A stretch of 64,000 nt of DNA from an uncultured Candidatus Saccharibacteria bacterium (GCA_964473025.1 CAYYMZ010000001.1:24163-88162); one strand, 5' to 3'; numbered from the stretch's first letter, positions 38,905 to 48,516 are shown. Notes: generated by a model from the sequence alone, not told the origin. Numbers and translations: made by a program.

Positions 38905-39219
38905 TTAAAAGTCCAGAGCAAAAGAGAACCGTCCCCATTTTTCAAATGCCGGACGCCCGCCGAAATAGCAAATACAGTATGGAACAAGCGAACCGAGGGT
39001 CAAGCCCAGCGCCACGGGAAGCGCGACTTGTAAAATGGCCCGATTCGCTGCTTCCGCTAGTTCTACTTGAGGGGAGAGTAAGAAAAACCCGGCCGCCATT
39101 GGCACAATCGGAGACGGTATAAAGAATACGATCTCTTCAAGGGGCGCGGCGGCAAAAACACCCGCCGGTCCGCCGCCGGAAATTATTGATTGTGTAACTT
39201 GTATAAGTTTTTCTAACAT
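38905..39219 (-). pseudogene. truncated DedA-family protein (N-terminal ~half only)
   Basis: LEEIVFFIPSPIVPMAAGFFL and GRPAFEKWGRF match DedA core but ORF stops after 104 aa; a full-length DedA is at 58608-59228. Confidence 0.4.
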
Positions 39220-39686
39220 AAAGTGTGGTTTTTATTTTTTCTTTTCTTTGCTTCCAGCGCGCGGATTTCTTTTTCATCAAAACCCAGATGGTGGCCGACT
39301 TCATGCCATACTACCTCATATATCAATTTTTTCAACTTCTTTTCATCACCACCGGCTAATTCTTCTATCGGTTGCTGAAAGATAGTGATTTTGTCTGGCA
39401 GGACGCCGAAATAATTTGAACCTCGTTCTGTTTTCGGGATGCCTTCATAAAGACCGAGCAGTACTTCATTCATTTTAATCATATTAATATTAACTTCCTT
39501 GGCTTTCTTGCCTGCCCGCCGAAGCCTTAGCGAAGGAGGGCGGCGCACTTCTCTCTCCACAACAAACGCAACATTATCCATTGCTTGCCTTCCGTGCACT
39601 GGTAGTGCCGAAATGGCTCCGCGGATTAATTGTTCAAAGTCGTTTTTCTTCACCCCGTTAGAAATTTTCTGTTTTTGTAATTTCAT
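39213..39686 (-). CDS. zincin-like metallopeptidase (DUF1025/Zn-dependent protease family)
   Basis: HEXXH motif in YEVVWHEVGHHLG; 157 aa. Confidence 0.55.
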   Translation of the reverse strand: MKLQKQKISNGVKKNDFEQLIRGAISALPVHGRQAMDNVAFVVEREVRRPPSLRLRRAGKKAKEVNINMIKMNEVLLGLYEGIPKTERGSNYFGVLPDKITIFQQPIEELAGGDEKKLKKLIYEVVWHEVGHHLGFDEKEIRALEAKKRKNKNHTLC

Positions 39687-39752
39687 AGATATTTCTTTAG
39701 TAAAATGTTTTTTATTCTCCCGCGAAATTAATAATAAGATTTCTAACGGGGT

Positions 39753-42437
39753 TCATGCTGGTATTGACGCTTTCTTTCGATAAAAGAATTTTCTTATCTC
39801 TTCTACCAAGACGATTGACAACCCGACAATAATAATTAGAATCCAATCCGGAAGGGACAAAGCAGTTGTATGTAAAATCCTCTGCATTAACGGATTATAA
39901 ACAGCCAAAAGCTGTAATGCTATCACAATAATTGTTGCCCCGACTAAAAACTTGTTAGAAAAAAATCCCATCTGGAAAATGGATTTATTTTCCGAGCGGC
40001 AGTTCCAGGCATTAAACCATTGAAAAGCTGCTAAAGTTGTCAGCGATATTGTCCATGCTTTGGCAAGATCTATCTGATAAAATCTCTGGAAAAGCAATAA
40101 TGCACCGATTGCCATCGGCATCGCCATTAGAACCATTCTCTTTGCCATTAACGAATCAACAAGGTATTTAGAAGATTTTTCAAATTTACCCTTCAGCAAC
40201 CCGTCTTCTTTGGGTTCCATTGCTAACGCCACGTCCAAAATGCCATCAGTTACTAAATTGAGCCAAATAATTTGCGCCGGCAAAATTGGCAAGGGCCATC
40301 CTAAAAACAAGGCTCCGCTAATAGTTAGGACTTCACCCACGCTGGTAGAAAAAAGATAAAGAATAACTTTTTTTATTGTTTTGTAGATTGCTCGACCCTC
40401 TTCAACGGCCGAGACAATGCTGCCAAAGTTATCATCCAGAAGCACAATGTCCGCAGCTTCTTTTGCCACCTCGGTACCGATTTTTCCCATTGCTACGCCG
40501 AGATCAGCGGCAACGAGTGAGGGAGCGTCATTAACGCCGTCTCCGGTCATCGCCACTGTTTCCCCGCGCGCTCTATACGCTTCGATAATCCTCAGTTTGT
40601 GTTCCGGCGTCACTCGCGCGAATACCGATGTTTTGGCCAATTTTTCGGAAAGTGCGGCATCAGAAAAAGTGTCAATATCTTGTCCCTCAAGAACAATATC
40701 GTCATCTTGATAAATACCGGCTTCCTTAGCAATCGCTTGCGCCGTAATTTTGTGGTCTCCTGTGACCATCACCACTTTAATGCCGGCGAAAGCCGCTTTT
40801 TGTATAGCACCCCTTGCCTCTGGCCGAAGAGCATCTTTCATGCCGAAAAATCCCGCAAAAGTAAGATCGCCAATCGTTTCTGGTTTTAGAGTTTCCTGCC
40901 CGCTCGCAAGCTTGCGTTGCAGGCGGGTTGGGTCATCATGGCTTTCCGCAAACGCGATGACCCGCAACCCTTCCCGCGACATGGAGAGAAAAACGGATTC
41001 TAATTCCTGTTTTTCTTCTTTCGATATTTGAGAGAGATTCAAAATCACTTCCGGCGCGCCGACAACTGCTAGAAATTCTTGGCCATCAAGTCGGTGAACC
41101 GTTGCGTGATATTTGAGCTTGTAATCAAACGGAATTTCAGAAACTTGTGGTGATTCTCGCTCTAAATCATCTTTATTAAGCCCCAACTTCTCGGCAAGCA
41201 TGAGCATCGCCGCTTCAGTCGGGTCGCCGGCAACGCGCCAAACTTTCTCTTCTTCCGAAAACATCACGCGGGCATTGGAGGAAAAAGCGGCAATCTTCCC
41301 CGCAAGACGAAGTTCCGGGTGATTAACTGAATCAATTACACTCCCGTCTAATCGAATTTCTCCCTTCGGCTCATAACCAATTCCGCCAACCTCAAAGAAT
41401 TTGCCGGCGGTGTATACTTTCTTAATTACCATCTCATTTTTAGTAATCGTGCCGGTTTTATCAACGGCAATAACCTTTGTTTGTCCCAACGCTTCTACTG
41501 CTTGGAGTTTCTTAACTAAAGCATGGCGCTTGCTCATTCGCCAAACGCCTGTGGCTAAAATTAAAGTCATCACAATTGGGAGACCTTCAGGGATAATTGA
41601 GACCGCCAAGGAAACTACCGTTCTAAACATCTCGGAGAGCGTGCTTCCGCGAGCAAGACCAAGAAAAAAAAGAAGCGTGCCGATACCCAAGACGGCGCAA
41701 ACAATCAAGCGCGAAAGATAACGAATATTTGTTTTAAGGGGTATCTCTGTATCAATGGTAGCGATTTCTTTAGAAATTTTTCCAATAAAAGTCTCTAAGC
41801 CCGTGGCGACAACAATCGCTTTCCCGTTTCCAGCAACAATATGAGTTCCCTTAAAAACCATATTATTTTGTTCGAAGATCGGTAAGTCAGTCGCTTCTGA
41901 TACATCGGAAATTTTGTTGACCGGTACTGACTCTCCAGTCAAAGCTGATTCATCAAGGAGTAGTTGGTTGGAAACTGAAAGACGGGCATCGGCGGGAATT
42001 TTCTCGCCTTCTTGCAGGAGGATGATATCGCCAGGGACAAGTTCGCTGTCTAGGATAATCGATTCATTGCCCTCGCGTAAAACAGTCGCCTTGGTTGTTA
42101 CAAAGTTTTTAAGGGCTAAAAGTGTGTTTTGGGCTTTTCCCTCTTGAAAAGTGCCGACAACCGCGTTAAAGAAAAGAACAAAAAGTATCAAACCTCCGTC
42201 AGTAAACTCTCTTAAGAAGAAGGTGACGATAGAGGCGGCAAAAAGGATGTAAATTAAAGGACTTTGAAATTGACGAAGAAAAATCACCAATAAACTATCT
42301 GATTTTGTTTCAGGCAGTTTATTTCGGCCGTATTTTAACAAACGATTCTTGCTTTCCGTTTCTGTTAAACCCTGAAGACTAGAGCCGAGATCAACCAAGA
42401 CGGTCGCGGCTGATTTAGTGGACCATAAATTATTCAC
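39753..42437 (-). CDS. cation-transporting P-type ATPase (type II, Ca2+/Mg2+-like)
   Basis: phosphorylation motif DKTGTIT, hinge MTGDGVNDAPSL, TGES-like actuator; 894 aa with 10 TM. Confidence 0.85.
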   Translation of the reverse strand: MNNLWSTKSAATVLVDLGSSLQGLTETESKNRLLKYGRNKLPETKSDSLLVIFLRQFQSPLIYILFAASIVTFFLREFTDGGLILFVLFFNAVVGTFQEGKAQNTLLALKNFVTTKATVLREGNESIILDSELVPGDIILLQEGEKIPADARLSVSNQLLLDESALTGESVPVNKISDVSEATDLPIFEQNNMVFKGTHIVAGNGKAIVVATGLETFIGKISKEIATIDTEIPLKTNIRYLSRLIVCAVLGIGTLLFFLGLARGSTLSEMFRTVVSLAVSIIPEGLPIVMTLILATGVWRMSKRHALVKKLQAVEALGQTKVIAVDKTGTITKNEMVIKKVYTAGKFFEVGGIGYEPKGEIRLDGSVIDSVNHPELRLAGKIAAFSSNARVMFSEEEKVWRVAGDPTEAAMLMLAEKLGLNKDDLERESPQVSEIPFDYKLKYHATVHRLDGQEFLAVVGAPEVILNLSQISKEEKQELESVFLSMSREGLRVIAFAESHDDPTRLQRKLASGQETLKPETIGDLTFAGFFGMKDALRPEARGAIQKAAFAGIKVVMVTGDHKITAQAIAKEAGIYQDDDIVLEGQDIDTFSDAALSEKLAKTSVFARVTPEHKLRIIEAYRARGETVAMTGDGVNDAPSLVAADLGVAMGKIGTEVAKEAADIVLLDDNFGSIVSAVEEGRAIYKTIKKVILYLFSTSVGEVLTISGALFLGWPLPILPAQIIWLNLVTDGILDVALAMEPKEDGLLKGKFEKSSKYLVDSLMAKRMVLMAMPMAIGALLLFQRFYQIDLAKAWTISLTTLAAFQWFNAWNCRSENKSIFQMGFFSNKFLVGATIIVIALQLLAVYNPLMQRILHTTALSLPDWILIIIVGLSIVLVEEIRKFFYRKKASIPA

Positions 42438-42622
42438 TTAACTACTCCTTGATTTAATTCTACCATAAGAAGACTGGATTAAGATAAAAGAAAAAGATTT
42501 TAAATGATTAGCTGATTTTAGGGCAAAAGTCCCAAAGCAGGAGGATTTATAAGGTTTGTCAAAAAGTTCGAAACTCAGGTACGGGCAGTGAAGGAAACAC
42601 CAGAATGGACCTATTTGCAACC

Positions 42623-42648
42623 AAAAAAGACCTTAAACGGTCTTTTTC
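42623..42648. terminator. bidirectional hairpin terminator downstream of tRNA-Ser(UGA)
   Basis: AGACC-ttaaac-GGTCT flanked by A6 and T5. Confidence 0.55.
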
Positions 42649-42704
42649 ACTTCCTGCTCCCTTTCTACTCCTTTTTTAACTTGTAAAAAGTCCCAAACTT
42701 TGGT

Positions 42705-42794
42705 TGGCGGAGAGGGTGAGATTCGAACTCACGGTGGACTTGCATCCACAACAGTTTTCAAGACTGTCCCGATAAACCGCTCCGGCACCTCTCC
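42705..42794 (-). tRNA. tRNA-Ser (anticodon UGA)
   Basis: 90 nt class II tRNA, anticodon stem ACAGT/ACTGT loop CTTGAAA, T-loop GAGTTCGAATCTC, CCA encoded. Confidence 0.9.
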
Positions 42795-42916
42795 CCGAGC
42801 CAAATTTTACCTTAAGTTACCTATAATTTCAATCATTTTGATTGCATATTTGGCTCAAAATGATATATTTATCTGTTCGTCGCATCGTTGACAATCCGAC
42901 AGGGAGGGGATTCAGG

Positions 42917-43732
42917 ATGACAATTGGCGTTGGTATTCTGGCAGGAGGTCAGGGGAAGCGTCTCAAGCAGAATGTGCCGAAAGCGGAGGCACCACTCTAC
43001 GGCAGGCCGATGTGAGCTTACACGTGCGAAGCGGCACTGGAGATTACCAGGGAGCAGATCCAAATGGTCGTGCCGGCAGGAAGGCAGATTCACCACCATC
43101 AGGTAGAGTGCCTTGATACCCGCCATTCGTACATGGGCGATCTGTTTCAGCTTGTTGAACGGGCAAGGGAAAGAGAGTACGACCGTTTTCTGGTCATCAA
43201 TGCCGACTCCGTGCTGGTGACGGCCAAATCCCTACAGAGTTTCCTGGAATTGACCGAAGGGAGCGAAGCCGGCATTATCTGGCCGGCGATCCGACGCCAC
43301 TCCATCCCAGAGATGCTCCGGCAGACGGTCTTGAACGACCTGCCGGGGAGACCGGATCTCATCCGCAGCGGGGTTATGATGTTCAGGCCAGCGTCACTTC
43401 ACCCCAAAAAGAACATTCTTCGTAAACTAGCCCGCGATCCGAACAAGATAGTGCTCAGATCGCCTCTTGGCTTACCGTTCTGGGCCTTCAGGAGAGTTCA
43501 AGCGGAGTTTTACCGCCGCTATGCCGAGCTTCCTCTTCTTGGTCTGCGCAACTGCATCATGTGGGGCATGAAACTGCTCAACACAGAGGAGATCAAGAGC
43601 TGCATGAAAAGTTGTTTGGGTTGCGAGAGGGTAGAAATGCCGGAACTGGACATCGGGGTATTCGGCTTCGACGTCGATACGCCCAAAGAGCTGAAGCTGG
43701 CAGAGGACTATCTGCGCAGGTGGGGAAGATAA
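42917..43732 (+). pseudogene. MobA-like NTP-transferase (nucleotidyltransferase) gene with in-frame TGA at 43013-43015
   Basis: N-terminus GILAGGQGKRL..LYGRPM-[TGA]-AYTCEAAL continues in same frame as 222-aa ORF; strong SD GGGAGGGG; GC-rich; stop falls where MobA homologues have Trp. Confidence 0.55.
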
Positions 43733-43741
43733 GATTAATCA

Positions 43742-43783
43742 GGGTCGAAACAAAAAGGGGTGTTTCGACCCTTTTTGTTTTTA
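43742..43783 (+). terminator. rho-independent terminator
   Basis: GGGTCGAAACA-aaaagggg-TGTTTCGACCC 11-bp stem followed by TTTTTGTTTTT. Confidence 0.75.
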
Positions 43784-43854
43784 TCCCCCTTCGCAGAAGA
43801 CCTCGGATTATATCCGAGCACGAATAGGTCTTCTGCTTCGAAAGGATTGCATAA

Positions 43855-43877
43855 CAAAAAAACGCCCTTTCGGGCTC
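43855..43877 (-). terminator. rho-independent terminator for TPR gene (minus strand)
   Basis: GCCC-gaaa-GGGC tetraloop hairpin followed by T7 on minus strand. Confidence 0.45.
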
Positions 43878-43917
43878 AAATATTTTTTACTTTTTAGCTT
43901 TTACTTTTTAGTTATTA

Positions 43918-44553
43918 CTATCCTCCTATCTCGTTTTCGAAACCGAATTGTTTGGCTTTGGCAAACTCGTCTTTCGACTTGCTTTCATCGTTTAATTCTT
44001 GATAGACGAGCGAGAGCAAATAATGCGTCTGCCCATAAACAGGATCTTTTTTCAAAGCATTCTCCAGCGCTCCTTTGGCTTGGTCGAATTTATTGGTGGC
44101 GAGATAAACTTGTGCCAAATTGACATAAGCATCGCGCCAGACGGGATCTTTTTGAATGGCAAGCTGCGCTGCGGCCTCGGCGCGCTCGCCATCACCCGAC
44201 TTAACATAATTTTGGCTTAACGCCACGAATGAATAGGCATCGGTCCCTAACTTCGCAACTTCAGCTTCAACCGCTTTAAAATGATTCTGATATTCCTGCT
44301 CTCGCGCTAGATTTGCTTGATAATTTTTCTGCGCTACATAGTCATAACCTTTTTTGATGCCTAAATATCCCGAAATAACCACGGCAAAAACAAAAACCGT
44401 AAGAAAAATCGCCTTCCAAGGCAATTTACCAAAATTTAGCTGTTTTTTTACGAGCCCAAAATCAAAAGAGTGATGGTTGCGACGTGACGTGAAATGCAAC
44501 TCAGTTCGAAGCTGAGGGGATAGTTTGTAAGAACTTATTTTGTCGTTGGCCAT
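43918..44553 (-). CDS. TPR-repeat protein with N-terminal membrane anchor
   Basis: TM helices near aa 55-75; >=4 TPR units (AYVNLAQVYLATNKFDQAKGALENALKKDP etc.). Confidence 0.7.
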   Translation of the reverse strand: MANDKISSYKLSPQLRTELHFTSRRNHHSFDFGLVKKQLNFGKLPWKAIFLTVFVFAVVISGYLGIKKGYDYVAQKNYQANLAREQEYQNHFKAVEAEVAKLGTDAYSFVALSQNYVKSGDGERAEAAAQLAIQKDPVWRDAYVNLAQVYLATNKFDQAKGALENALKKDPVYGQTHYLLSLVYQELNDESKSKDEFAKAKQFGFENEIGG

Positions 44554-44647
44554 TGGTAGTGAAAAGTTTTTAAAGTCTATAAAGTTTGTAATGTCGTAAA
44601 GCCGAAACGTCTAGTTTTCAGACTCTTGACTCAATGGACTTTTGACT

Positions 44648-47233
44648 TTATGAACTGATTTCCGGCCATTTAGCCGAAATCAGATTTTCGCTATCTTTAA
44701 ATTCTTTTGGAATTTTCTGCCATATGGTTTCGGTCACATAGGGAACGAAGGGGTGGAGCATTTTGAGAGAATCAATCAGAATCAAAACAAGCTTCGCCCT
44801 GGCCGCAGTGCAATCTTCTGCCAGGTCGCTTTGCAGCCGGGGTTTAGCTTCTTCAATCATTATATCAGCAAACTCGTGCCAAATAAAGTCGTACAATAAT
44901 TCTCCAGCGCGCGAGAAGTGTAACTGGTCTAAATGCTTGGTTGTTTCTATAATTACTTCATTGAATCTGACCAAATCTTTTTCGTCTTGTTTTGACCATT
45001 TGGCATTTGAGCTTAGAGCTTCATTTGTTATTTGGGTTTTGTCATTTGGGTTTTCCAGGTTCATCAAAACGAACCTTGAGATATTCCAGATCTTGTTTGA
45101 AAAATTGCGATAGCCCTTGATTTTTGACTCTCCGACGGCAATATCGTTGCCGGCGGTTGTGCCGACGATTAGCGACATTCGAACGGCATCGGTGCCATAT
45201 TTTTGGGCAACATCGAGCGGGTCCAAAACGTTGCCGAGCGATTTGGACATTTTGCGGTTCTGTTCATCGCGGACCAGGCCATGCAAATAAACCGTTTCAA
45301 ACGGCGCCTTGCCGGTTAATTCCAGTCCCATCATAATCATCCGCGCAACCCAGAAAAACAGGATATCATAGCCCGTTTCCATGACGGTTGTTGGGTAAAA
45401 ATATTTATAATCTTCGGTTTCCTTGGGCCAGCCCAAAGTCGAGAACGGCCATAATCCGGACGAAAACCAAGTGTCTAACACGTCCTCCTCCTGCGTCCAG
45501 TTCTCGATGTCTTTTGGTGGCTCGGCACCGACGTAAATGTCATCCTTGGAAATTTTCAATTTTAAATTTGAAATTTTTAATGAATTTTCAATGTCAGAAT
45601 TTTGGAACTTGTCACGCACAGTGAAATCATAGGCATAGATATAAGCATCTGTATCGGGATTAACTTCTTTTTCCGGATTATGAAATTTGAAGGCCTCGAT
45701 CAGTTGCCCGACATTGTCATAAACTGCTCCGTGAGCTTTGTCCTGAAGGGGCAGATCTTTTACTTTTGTCTTTGTTGATTCGGTTATGATTCCAAAGCCA
45801 AAAATTTCACTGGTGGCGCTATTCTCAAAATAAACCTTATCTCCAACTTTAAGTTCGTGATTGCGGATGCGATACGTTTTAGTTTTACCAGCTAAAATTT
45901 GCGGAACTACTCTTTCCGCAATCCCCATCACCTTCAATTTTAAATTTGAAATTTTAAATTTTAAATTCGCATCCTGTTTACGGTAGTAAACAGGCATGCG
46001 ATGTCCCCACCAAAGTTGTCTCGAAATACACCAGTCACGGATATTATCCATCCAGTGAAAATAAACTTTTTCAAATCTTTTGGGCGTAATTTTGATTTTG
46101 CCTGATTTTACGGCCTTTTTAGCTTTTTCAGCGAGTGGTTTCATCTTCACAAACCACTGTTTCGAGGGGATCGGCTCAATTTGTCCGTTGCACCTGTAGC
46201 ATAAGGCGATGTTGTGTTCGTAGTTTTCCTCGATATGGTCGATCAAGCCCATCTTCTGCATATCGTCGACGATTGTCTCGCGCGCATCACGGGTTTTCAT
46301 GCCAGCGTATTTGCCTGTATTTGCCATCATGCGGCCGTTCTCGTCGATAACTTGCTTCATTGCAACGTTGTGCCGTTGGGCAATTTCAAAGTCAACTAAA
46401 GAATGTGCGGGTGTCACTTTGATAGCACCGGTGCCAAATTCCGGATCAACGGCATTGTCTTCAACAACGATAACTTCGAATTCTCCCAAAACGCCTGGAA
46501 TCATATATTTTTTGCCGACCATATCTTTGTAGCGCTTATCTCCCGGATGAACGGCAACGGCGGTATCACCGAGTTTGGTCTCAGGTCGGGAGGTTGCTAA
46601 GACAAACGGGCCGTATTTTATCCAATACAATTTCCCTATCTCTTTTTTGTATTCCACTTCATCGTCGGCGATGGCGGTGTGACAGCGCGGGCACCAGTTG
46701 ACAGTACGAAGTCCCCGATAGATTAATTTTTTTTCATAAAATCGGACGAATGCTTCATTGACGGCATCGGACATGCCTTCATCTAATGTAAATCTCTCGC
46801 GGCTCCAGTCGCAACTTGCCCCCATGGCGCGAAGCTGATGGGTAATCTCCCCGCCAAATTCGTTTTTCCATTCCCAAATGCGCTTGACGAATTCCTCACG
46901 GCCGAGATCTTTTTTAGTTTTGCCTTCTTTGCGGATCTGCTTTTCCACTACTGCTTGAGTGGCGATGCCAGCGTGATCGGTGCCGGGGAGCCAGAGAGTC
47001 GGTTCGCCCTTCATTCTGTGATAACGGGCCAAAATATCTTCCAAAGTAATAAACATGGCGTGGCCAATGTGCAATTTACCCGTTACGTTTGGCGGCGGCA
47101 TCATGATGGTGAAGGGCTTTGCCTTAGGATCTATTGTTGGTGTAAAGGCACCCGATTTTTTCCACAGAGAATAAATATCTTGCTCGGATTCCTTCGGGTT
47201 GTAGGTTTTGTCTAGATCCATGGTTAAATCCAA
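44648..47233 (-). CDS. valS: valine--tRNA ligase with an inserted ASCH-like domain
   Basis: HIGH motif PPPNVTGKLHIGHA, WCISRQLWWGHRMP, DVLDTWFSSGLWPFSTLGWP, KMSKS; 861 aa. Confidence 0.9.
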   Translation of the reverse strand: MDLTMDLDKTYNPKESEQDIYSLWKKSGAFTPTIDPKAKPFTIMMPPPNVTGKLHIGHAMFITLEDILARYHRMKGEPTLWLPGTDHAGIATQAVVEKQIRKEGKTKKDLGREEFVKRIWEWKNEFGGEITHQLRAMGASCDWSRERFTLDEGMSDAVNEAFVRFYEKKLIYRGLRTVNWCPRCHTAIADDEVEYKKEIGKLYWIKYGPFVLATSRPETKLGDTAVAVHPGDKRYKDMVGKKYMIPGVLGEFEVIVVEDNAVDPEFGTGAIKVTPAHSLVDFEIAQRHNVAMKQVIDENGRMMANTGKYAGMKTRDARETIVDDMQKMGLIDHIEENYEHNIALCYRCNGQIEPIPSKQWFVKMKPLAEKAKKAVKSGKIKITPKRFEKVYFHWMDNIRDWCISRQLWWGHRMPVYYRKQDANLKFKISNLKLKVMGIAERVVPQILAGKTKTYRIRNHELKVGDKVYFENSATSEIFGFGIITESTKTKVKDLPLQDKAHGAVYDNVGQLIEAFKFHNPEKEVNPDTDAYIYAYDFTVRDKFQNSDIENSLKISNLKLKISKDDIYVGAEPPKDIENWTQEEDVLDTWFSSGLWPFSTLGWPKETEDYKYFYPTTVMETGYDILFFWVARMIMMGLELTGKAPFETVYLHGLVRDEQNRKMSKSLGNVLDPLDVAQKYGTDAVRMSLIVGTTAGNDIAVGESKIKGYRNFSNKIWNISRFVLMNLENPNDKTQITNEALSSNAKWSKQDEKDLVRFNEVIIETTKHLDQLHFSRAGELLYDFIWHEFADIMIEEAKPRLQSDLAEDCTAARAKLVLILIDSLKMLHPFVPYVTETIWQKIPKEFKDSENLISAKWPEISS
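45556..45579. repeat. 24-nt direct repeat copy A flanking valS insertion (encodes KISNLKLK)
   Basis: caattttaaatttgaaatttttaa; second copy 378 nt (in frame) away at 45934. Confidence 0.8.
45934..45957. repeat. 24-nt direct repeat copy B flanking valS insertion
   Basis: caattttaaatttgaaattttaaa, 23/24 identical to copy A. Confidence 0.8.
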
Positions 47234-47337
47234 AATCTAAATGACAAATGACAAATAAAGTCCAAATGACTTAATATCAAATATTTTGAACTTTGAACTT
47301 TGAGCTTCATTTGGCATTTTGGCTTTGACATTTGAGC
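47234..47337. repeat. trpS-valS intergenic spacer made of degenerate TCATTTG-type repeat units in inverted arrangement
   Basis: left half aaatgacaaatgacaaataaagtccaaatgac, right half catttggcattttggctttgacatttgagc; related words at 45001-45060 and 56361-56400. Confidence 0.6.
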
Positions 47338-48375
47338 TTAACCTAAGCCAATCCTGTCTTTTACCTGGCTTAGGGTTTCCATTGCGATAGGTTCTATTTT
47401 TTTGGCCCCTTCGGCTAAAATCTGGCGCAATTTCTCTGGTTCGGCCATCAAGGATTTATATTTTTCCTGAATTGGGGCCAAGAATTTGACTAGTTCCTCG
47501 GCGAGGGCGTCTTTAAACTCGCCATACTGCTTGCCTTCAAATTCTTTTTCTAGCTCAGCGATGGTTTTGCCCGAGATTTCGGAATAAATAGTCAAAAGGT
47601 TGGTCAGTGCTGGTTTGTCCGCGCCTGATTTAATTTCCGACCCGGAATCAGTGACCGCCTTTTTGATTTTATTGCGGATTGTCTCGGCATCATCAGTTAG
47701 AGCGATGTAATTCAAGGCAGATTCGGCCGATTTAGACATCTTTGCTCTTGGATCGTCTAGGCCCATAATACGGGCACCCGATTTTTTGATGATTGGGTTT
47801 GGCACGACAAAAAGATCACCCCGCCCGCATCCGCTGGCGCCAGCTTTTGACGGGCAAGCATATTTATTATTTAATCGCTCGGCGATATTTCTGGTTATTT
47901 CGAGGTGCTGTTTTTGGTCATCGCCAATCGGCACGTTGGTGGTTTGATAGAGCAGGATATCTGCGGCCATAAGGACCGGATAATCGAAAAGACCAGCGGA
48001 AACATTGGGTTTGTTTTCGGCTTTTTCCTTAAATTGTGTCATTCTTTGTAATTCGCCTAAGGTTGTAAAACAATTCAAAATCACCGCTAATTCCGAGTGT
48101 TCCGGGCGGTCGGATTGGACGAAGATAGCTGATTTAGCAGGGTCGATGCCGCAGGCGACATACATAGCGGCAACCGAGAGAATGTTCTTTTTCAGCTCTT
48201 CAGGATCTTGGGGAACGGTGATGGCGTGAAGATCAACGACACAGAAAATACACTCACCATCATTTTGCATTTCAACAAACTGCTTGATGGCGCCGATGTA
48301 ATTTCCAATATGTAACACTCCCGACGGTTGAATGCCGGAAAAAACCCGACTGCCGGTAGGTACGTCTCTTTTCAT
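47338..48375 (-). CDS. trpS: tryptophan--tRNA ligase
   Basis: GIQPSGVLHIGNYIGA (HIGH region) and KMSKS; 345 aa. Confidence 0.85.
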   Translation of the reverse strand: MKRDVPTGSRVFSGIQPSGVLHIGNYIGAIKQFVEMQNDGECIFCVVDLHAITVPQDPEELKKNILSVAAMYVACGIDPAKSAIFVQSDRPEHSELAVILNCFTTLGELQRMTQFKEKAENKPNVSAGLFDYPVLMAADILLYQTTNVPIGDDQKQHLEITRNIAERLNNKYACPSKAGASGCGRGDLFVVPNPIIKKSGARIMGLDDPRAKMSKSAESALNYIALTDDAETIRNKIKKAVTDSGSEIKSGADKPALTNLLTIYSEISGKTIAELEKEFEGKQYGEFKDALAEELVKFLAPIQEKYKSLMAEPEKLRQILAEGAKKIEPIAMETLSQVKDRIGLG

Positions 48376-48516
48376 ACTCTAAATTTAACAAAATCAGGTT
48401 GAATTATCAACTTCATTTTCTTGGGCCTCTTTTAAAGAGGCCATCTTCCGAAGCAAATAGAATTTGCATCTGACTTCTCGCACATATTTATGCGATAAAT
48501 CGGTGCGAATTAATTT

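Noticed and set aside
38850-38987. N-terminal 46 residues of the UPF0182 ORF as annotated by the ORF track
   Set aside because: Region upstream of MNRFKTT has no SD, is not hydrophobic like the rest of the N-terminus, and overlaps the DedA fragment; the start was moved to 38849
42705-42794. tRNA-Ser(UGA) as suppressor of the in-frame TGA in the adjacent MobA-like gene
   Set aside because: Anticodon 5'-UGA-3' pairs with codon UCA (Ser), not UGA; coincidence of letters only
43013-43015. Alternative genetic code (UGA=Trp/Gly) for the host
   Set aside because: Many host genes in the window terminate with TGA at well-supported ends (e.g. 5165-5167 overlapping the next ATG), so the host uses standard code 11
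45556-45969. Intein in valS
   Set aside because: Insert lacks N-terminal Cys/Ser nucleophile, block B TxxH and C-terminal HN; it is flanked by direct repeats and has ASCH-like features instead
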